Assembly: GCF_006345805.1 (NCBI RefSeq)
Contig: NW_021833271.1
Coordinates: forward strand, 1-64,000
Length of the DNA stretch: 64,000 nucleotides
From: Octopus sinensis
Lineage: Eukaryota
Reading direction: 5' to 3'
Under the pieces are notes generated by a model. It had not been told where the DNA came from. It saw only the letters and a program-made list of their open reading frames with translations, and ran no database searches. Shown piece after piece: positions 40,201 through 49,200 of the stretch (position 1 is its first letter; every line of letters starts with the position of its first letter). The position numbers and the translations under genes are program-made.

Positions 40201-43200
40201 GCAGATAAGAAAAAATTTGCCAATGTTCTGCGCCGTGAGGACCAAAGACTGGAGGTGTTTCGTGTTGCAAGACAGTGTGTGAGAGAGAATCGTGATGTGG
40301 TAGGAGAGAAGTGTGTTCGCATGGAAGATGGTTCACTTGCGCTAAATGAGGATGCAAAGAGAGAGGTTTGGAGATGCCACTATGAAAGGTTGCTGAATGA
40401 AGAAAATGAATGGGATAAAGAGAGTCTGCCGAATGTTGACCCAACAGAGGGACCAGCTATACGAGTTAATAGTTCCGTGGTAGCTAAGGCAATTAGAAGC
40501 ATGAAGACAGGGAAAGCCCCAGGCCCATCAGGAATCACTGCAGAGATGCTCAAAATGTCTGGTAGTGTCGGCTATAGCCTAGTCACCCGTATAGTTAATC
40601 AGGTGATACACAACGGGGTCATACCCAATGACTGGTGTAGCAGTATAATAGTCAACTGCTACAAAAGTAAAGGTGATGCCCTAGATACAAATAACTACAG
40701 AGGTATCAAGCTGTTGGACCAGGTGATGAAGGTTACGGAGAGGGTCATAGCCCAACTAATTAGAGAGAGAGTTAGTTTAGATGAGATGCAGTTTGGGTTT
40801 GTGCCAGGGAAAAGTACTACTGATGCTATATTCCTGGTAAGGCAGCTGCAGGAGAAATACCTAGCCAAAGATTAGCCCCTGTACCTGGCTTTTGTTGACA
40901 TGGAGAAAGCCTTCGACAGGGTCCCCCGATCCCTTATCTGGTGGGCAATGAGGAAACTAGGGATAGATGAATGGTTAGTGAGAGCTGTGCGGGCCATGTA
41001 TAGGGACGCCGCTAGTAGGGTGAGGGTTGGAAATGAGTACAGTGAAGAATTCCGGGTAGAGGTAGGAGTCTACCAAGGCTCAGTACTCAGCCCCCTCCTA
41101 TTTATCATAGTCCTCCATCCAGGCAATAACGGAGGAATTCAAGACAGGATGCCCTTGGGAGCTCCTCTATGCTGATGACCTTGCTCTAATTGCTGAGTCG
41201 CTATCAGAACTGGAGGAGAAGTTTCAGGTGTGGAAACAAGGATTAGAATCGAAGGGCCTCAGAGTCAATCTAGCTAAAACCAAAGTCGTAATCAGTAGGA
41301 AGGTAGACAAATCACAAACACCTTCAGGTAGATGGCCCTGCTCGATCTGTAGAAAAGGTGTAGGTAGAAACTCTATAAGATGCACCAAGTGTAAGCTATG
41401 GACACATAAGAGATGCAGCAATGTCAAAGGAAGGCTAACTAGGAAGATGGTTTTTGTATGTGGCAGATGCTCAGGAATAATAAACACTGAAAATGCTCTG
41501 AGACCAACTTCCGTCACTTTCCAGGGAGAAAAACTAGAAATAGTTGATAGTTTCCGTTACCTAGGTGACCAAGTCAGCAGCGGGGGTGGGTGTGCTGAAA
41601 GTGTAACTGCTAGAGTAAGAATAGCTTGGGCAAAGTTCAGAGAGCTCTTACCTCTGCTGGTGACAAAAGGCCTCTCGCACAGAGTGAAAGGCAGACTGTA
41701 TGATGCGTGTGTACGAACAGCCATGCTACATGGCAGTGAAACATGGGCCGTGACTGCTGAGGATATGCGTAAGCTCGCTAGAAATGAAGCCAGTATGCTC
41801 CGATGGATGTGTAATGCCGGTACTCACACTCGGCAGAGTGTAAGTACCTTGCGAGAAAAGCTGGACCTAAGAAGCATCAGTTGTGGTGTGCAAGAGAGAC
41901 GTTTGCGCTGGTATGGTCATGTGGCGAGAATGGATGAAGATAGTTTGTGTGAAAAAGTGCCACACCCTAGCGGTTGAGGGAACCTGTGGAAGAGGCAGAC
42001 CCAGGAAAACCTGGGACGAGGTGGTGAAGCACGACCTTCGAACTTTAGGTCTCACTGAGGAAATGACTAGAGACCGAGACCTCTGGAAGTGTGCTGTGCG
42101 TGAGAAGACCCGGCAGGACAAGTGAGTCCATAACCCGTGGCCTTCTACATGGGATGGAGCCAGCCTACGTATGCATACCTTCCCTTCTTGGGACACAAAA
42201 CTCTACTTGTGAAGACGTGTTGAGGCAAGTGAGGATCAGAATCGAAATCGATCAATGGAAATCGATCAATGGAAATTGCAGATGTGTTACCAGTGCCGGT
42301 GGCATGTAAGAGAACTTTCCGTTTCGCGACCGTTACCAGCACCGCCCCGTTTCGTGTCCATTGCCAGCCTTGCCTGGCCCTCGTGCCGGTGGCACATAAA
42401 AGCACCATCCGTTCGTGGCCGTTTGCCAGCTCTGTCTGGCACCTGTGCAGGTGGCACGTAAAAAGCACCCACTACACTCACGGAGTGGTTGGCGTTAGGA
42501 AGGGCATCCAGCCGTAGAAACACTGCCAGATTTGACTGGGCCTGATGAAGCCTTCTGGCTTCACAGACCCCAGTAGAACCGTCCAACCCATGCTAGCATG
42601 GAAAACGGACGCTAAACGATGATGATGATGATGATGATACATATGGTGTTAGTTTCCTTTTTGGCAAAAAATATTTATTTTTCTAAGATCTTCCTAAAAC
42701 TTTTAGTAACAGAGTTTTCATTTAAATTCTATATCATATTATATTTGTTAGCTTTAGAAAGAAGAGAAATGTTTGTATCCTGTTTAGAACTTCATGAAAA
42801 CCACTTTGTAACATAAAGGTAATGGTTTCTAGGAGACCTAGTTTTATATTTCTTCAGATGTCTTGAGATCAAAGTTAAAGTAGGAGGTGATGAATCATCA
42901 TAATCTTAGAAATATTGGCTGTGAAATCAATAGGCTGTTTCTGAGTAGAATTGTAGAGATTGTCTTTATTAGAGATGATGCAGATAATTGCATATTTCTT
43001 CATTTTTGATTAAGTGATCTTTGAGCACAAATTTCAAACTTTGTAAAGGATTAGTCACTTGGAAATAATAATCTCAAGGTGATATCTGAGACAATATCAC
43101 ATAGTGATAATCCCATTCTAAGTTACCCAAATCTCAAAATTTCTGAATTGATATCTTGTACAGATTATATCAATTTGAATCCTTTGAAAAACCTTCCTCT

Positions 43201-46200
43201 TTATTTTACACAGTAGTGTCTTGTCTTTGGCCACATCTATAAAAATAATCAGGAGACCAAGTTATCCACTTCTATACATCACTTGAAGTTGCTCACTTGA
43301 CTTGTAGTTTTAAATTAGAAGCTATAATAGTGACATCTTAGATAATGAATAGAGTTGAAAAAAAGGAACTGATTGAATGTTTTGTTGTGTGTAGAAGGTT
43401 GAACTGGATTCACTGTGGATAGCAAATACAACATATGTTCATGGTACTGGGTTTGTTAAAAAGTGATGGAAAAGAATTTTTGACAAAGTTGCTGGATGTC
43501 TAATTAGCAAGTGTCTGTTTAATTGCAATCAAGGAGCTAAAAACTTATATGCAGACATTGATTTCTTTTTGGGCAGTAAAGCAGCTCTGTGGGTGTTTCA
43601 GCCCTTTCCATCATGGCACTAGAACTGTCCAGGGCCACCTACTGGTGTAAACAACAACATAAGCATGCAACAGCCCAAGCTTTGGTGATCAGATGTTGCA
43701 ACTCTGGATCAGTTATTTCTACCATCCTCATTGCTAATTCTTGCTTCGTCACTCATGCTCTCTCCTCAGGAAGATATAATAAGTTGCTTTCTTGACAACT
43801 TCTGGCAATTTTCTTGTAACATCTTTTGTGTCATTTGCACCTAGTCCAAAACTCCCGAGCATCAAGTGAACCCTGATTCCAACAAATCCTCTGACATTGT
43901 CTCTACAGGAAGGTATATTACCTCTCTTCCATTGTTTTCCCAAAGTTTTAAACAACCTTATCATATTTTCTTTCCTGAGGAGAGCATCTTCGATGTTTCC
44001 TTCTTAGGGAACTGTCAGCTTTACCACCTTTTTTTCTTAGCACCGTATGACAAGCTCAGGTCTCTTGATGGTAAAAAGTGACAAGTGATATTTACCATCA
44101 GAATCAACAGAAACTCCTACTTCCCCATTTTCGATCATTCTTCTTCCTTACAGTGGCTGGCTTGCAACCTTTATCTTCCCATGCCCCACTACTTGTGGCC
44201 TTTTGCCATTGCTAATTCACATTACCCTCTCCTATACTGCATCAATCAGTACTCTAAATGCTTGGTTATACTGCCATATGCATCATAGTCTGAGTTCAAA
44301 TTCCACCAAGGCCTACTTTGCCTTTCATTCTTTTGGAATTGATAAAATAAGTACCTGTTAAGCACTGGGGTTGATATAATTGACTAGCCCCTTCCTCAAA
44401 ATTCCAGGCTTTTTTGCCTATAGTAGAAAGCATTATTTCATCATATTTATACCAAAAACTTACAATAATCTTCAATTGATAATTTAGAATATTTATTGTT
44501 AGTTTCAGAAAATATTTAATTTCTAGTACACGTGTATTTTCTCTTTTAATATTTTCTTTTTTTTTCACCAGTGAGACCTATGTTCAGTTCAGGATCAAAT
44601 TGTCCAAAAAAGAGAAATGTTTCCAATGGAGAAACTGTAATTTTGAAACAGTGTTTTTATTCGCATCCAAAATCTGATGTAAAATGGCAGAAAAATGAGG
44701 AATCAATTGACTCAAACAAATATTTAATAACTGATTATTTACAAGATGAGTTTCCTTTCAAAGGAAGCTGTACTAGTTTGAAGATAGAAGACACCAAAGA
44801 TGATGTTATAGATACTTATACCTTAACAGTGGAAAACTCAGAAGGAAAAGAAACTGTTGTTTTTACTTTGAGATATAAGAGTAAGTTGTTACATGCTTCT
44901 TTATCATTTAGAATGTTATTTTATGTTATACAGAATTGTTTGTAATTTATTAATATATTCATAAAGTACTTAAAGTTCTACTTTCAGTTTAAGTGTTATA
45001 GTCAGCTCTGGGTTTTAATGTCAGAGTGTCTAGTTTAGCTTTGTTTCTTGCTCAGTATTACATTTGTAAGTACAAATAATTTTCCTTTCAGAAATCATCA
45101 TTATCACCATCATCATCATCATTTAACATCTACTTTCCATGTTGGCATGGGTTGGACATTTTGACTAGAGGTCACCAAGCGGAAGACTGCACCATGCTAT
45201 GCTTTCTGTTTTGACATGATTTTGAATGGACTGAATGCTTATGTGACACCAGCACAACTGAGATCAGTTTTGGCATGTTTTTTTTTAACAGTTGGATGCT
45301 CTTCCAAACGCCAACCACTATACAGTGTGGAATGGATGCTTTTTATGTGGCACCAACAATAACAGAGTCACCAAATAACTTGTAAGATAAAGATCCTTTG
45401 AGAGACGATGTGGCATTGGAGGTGATCTTGTGCCAGATGATGAAAGGTTAGTGTATGACAGAGAAACAAATAGATGTGTTGCTGCAGAGGAGATACATGA
45501 TTACCCAGTCAGAAGGAGAGAGAAGGAGTGATCGCGATTGAGGCCAGTAATGGGTGTGTTGCTGTAGAAGTGATACATAGTTAACCAGTCTAAGGAATAG
45601 AGAAAGGGAGTGAAAGAGAGCAAAAGAAAGAGGGAGATTGTCAGAGAGCAGGAGAAAGAGGGAGAGTGCAAGAGAGCAGGAGAAAGAGAAAGAGAGTGCA
45701 AGAGAGCAGAGAGAGATGGTGGTAAAGCACCAGAGCATGCTCACAAGGAATGGGGATCAGAATATAAATGGGATGGTAGAGAAGAGCCAGGAGGAGATAA
45801 GTGGTAGCAAAGTGGAAGAGTATGCTCTAAAGACATGGGGTCAGAATATAAAAGGGTGGGAGTTGCCAAGGTACATGTATAGAGAGTGAATGCAAGGTGT
45901 GTGGGGGTGGGGTATGCAGTGACTGTTAAAACCTGGGCATAGAGTGGGTAGGGGACAACAGGATAGTAATGATACTGTGAGCAGTGCAGTGTGGACAGGA
46001 CTGGGGAGCAAGAGATAAGCATAGTGCATTAAAAGGGGAAATGTGAGTAAGAGGAGAGATGTAGTTTGGTTTGTTGGAGTAGGGTGTGAAGATGGCAAAA
46101 CTTATATTGGGAAACTACTCCCTCAGTTTTAGTGAAGTTTTCAGGTTGATTAACTATTTTTAGTGTGTTTATTTAAATATTTTCTATGTAGTTTAAGTGG

Positions 46201-49200
46201 AGTTGTTTTAAATGTAGTAAGGCATTTTTGCTGAAATAGGGAAACAGTGAACGAATGCATATAAATACTGAAATATTACCTCTTTTTGGCCTTTCTACTG
46301 GTCCAAATTGGTTAAATCTCTTAAGTTATTTTGATTTATATGATTCCCTATACAATGTTCATGGAGATTTAATAAATCTGTCAGTTGGACACTTAGCACT
46401 AGGAAGGAGATCCAGTTGTATAAACCATGCGAAAACAGACACTAAAGCTTGATGTGGCTCCCAGACTTACCAGCTCCTGTCAAACAGTTCACCATGCCAG
46501 TATAGATAACAGATGTGAAATGACAGCAGCAATGTTCTTTTTTTTTTTTTGTCATAGAACAGAATATTTGGAATTAATGCAGTTATTGCAAGTTAAATGA
46601 TGTCAAGTTACTACAAAGCAGCACTAAGTAAAAAATTCAGAACCTGTCTGAGACAGGATAACATTGGCCTCACCAAGTTAGAAACAGTTCCATGCATGTA
46701 GATTGCTTGAAGTTGATGGTTCATCTGTGGTCTTCATTAATCAATGACCAATGGCCTAAGGAAGAGTTGGGGGAACTGTTCAGTATGAAAAGTAAATTGA
46801 AAGGTGTATAAGAATTTCTGAGGTACATTTTTACTGAGAAAATTAATGAATCTTTCAAATTCATAGATATGCTATGTATATTACATTACTATTTAAATTT
46901 TTTCATATGGATCTTTATAGATTTTCTCATTGAGTAATTTCAAATTTAAAATCAGGTGATGAGCTCCTCACTCCTAGTGTAGACCATATTTATAAAGTAT
47001 TCTGGGATAGTTACAAACAATTTATATCACTATATGAAATGGCAGGAATTCAATTTATTATCCAATTTAACAAACTGCAAATGCTATATTGGCCTTAGTC
47101 TCCTTATTCTTTTCCTAATTTATAGCTTTCTTATGAAAAATAGTTCTGAAATCATATGTTAAAATTCAAGAATTATAATGCTTAGATGAGGCTGATTAGG
47201 GGACCTTAGCCAGCAGTTACAAGTACACACAATTTCGGCATGCACTTCCACTTTCCCCAGAAAAGATTGCCACATCATTGCGTGGGTTTGAAATCATTAG
47301 TGTAACCCGACGGACATATTGTTTTTACTGTGCTGTCACTGTGTAAAATGCTGAAATATTCAACACTACATTACATAACTACAGTTATGTCTGTGCAGTC
47401 ACAGAGAAGAATGATTAGAAACATTTCTAAAGCATTAACAGAATGAACACATCCTTATTAGAAGGATATAAATTGCCCTCATCATCATTTTGATGTCTGT
47501 CTTTGATGTTGGCATGGGTTGGATGGTTTCATAAAAGCTGGCAAGCCAGAGAGCTGCACCAGGCCCAATTGTTTGATTTGCCATGGTTTCTATGGCTGAT
47601 TGCTCTTCCTAATGCCTGCCACCTTACAGAGTGTACTGGGTGCTTTTAATGCAACACCAGCACTGATGACTTTTTTTATATGGCACCAACTGGCACTCCA
47701 TTGGTAATGGTGATGAGTGTTCCAGTTGATTGGGTCATTGGAACAGCCTGCTCATGAAATTACCATACAAGTGACTAAGCACTCCACAGATATGTGTTCT
47801 CAGAGAGATTCAGTGTGACAATGAATGTGGCAAGGCTGGCCCTTTGAATTACAGGTACAATTAATTTTTGTCAACCCAGTGATTGGAGCAACATGATATT
47901 GAAGCATCTTGCTCAAGGATGCAATGTACTGTTGGGAGTCAAACTAACAGTTTTATTATCATGAGCCAAATACACTAACCACTAAGCCATGCACCTTCAC
48001 ATGTGGCACCAGCACCAGTGGGGTTGCCAAGTAACTTGTGAGACCTCTCAGTTGGGAGAGGAAGTGGAACTGAGGGAAGTAGCTTAGTGCCAAGTGAGAG
48101 ATTAGAATATGATAGGGGAATAGAGATAAATGTCATACTACGGAAGAGATACTTGGCTACTCCAGAAGGAAAAAAAGAAGAGAGAGAAAGTTAAAAGAAA
48201 GATAGAGACATTCAAAGCAAGAGAAAGAGCGAGAGAGAAATAGATGGTGTTGAAGTTGCATCGGAATCTGGTGGGGAGTAGTAGTAGTCCGAAGAGAATA
48301 GAAAGCCGATGTTCTACAAAAGTGTGAGGGGAAATGTTTAGAGATGAGGATGAGGTGACTTTAGGAGGTAATGGTGAGAGAAATTGAAACTGGAATGGTT
48401 GGGAGGGAGTGTGATTGATATGTGAGGGCATGTAGTGTGTGCAGTTAGGTATTTGAGATAGAGTGGATGTGACTATAGCAAATGGGGATTATGGTTGTTG
48501 GAATGAAGGGGAGGTATTTGGAAGATGGGTAGTGGGGGAATTTTGACAAAGGACAGATTACATTGGTGAGTGTGAGAGGAAGGCACGGCCATAAAGGACA
48601 TGCCTGTATGTATGGACGGCCACAATTTTACTTAGTTTGACATATCTTCTCAAGCACAACAAATCACCAGAAGTCTCGGTCCTTTGTCATCTCCTGTGTG
48701 AGGCTCAACATCTGAAGATCATTTCTCACCACTTTGTCTCGCATCTTCCTCAGTTTACCTCATTTAAAAGTTTACAGATCAGCACTTCTTTATGCAGCTA
48801 TCCTCAGCCTTATGCATCACATGACAGTACTAGCACAGTCTTCTCTCTTGCACACTGCATCTGATGCCACTTATACCCAATTTTTTTCTCAAAATTCTTA
48901 CACTCTATTGTACATGCACACTGACATTGCACATTTCTTTCAAGCCTTCAATTACCCTCTGCAGTCACAGCCCATGTTTCACTGTCACTATCCATACATA
49001 GGCATCATCTGTTCTACCTTTCACTCTGAGAGAGAGGCCTTTTGTTACCTGCAATATTGCCCAGCACATTCTTATTCTAGCAACATTTTCAGAGCATTCT
49101 CCTCCACTGTTAACTTGGTCATCAAGGTAATGGAAGCTATCCACACTTGTAAAGAACTGCCCACCTACTTCATACATTCTTAGTTTTTATTGTACCTACT

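Noticed and set aside
43585-43625. Hammerhead-like tgatgg..gaaacaccc in the 3' region of the RLE element
   Set aside because: The CUGAUGA box is broken and the stems are not supportable.
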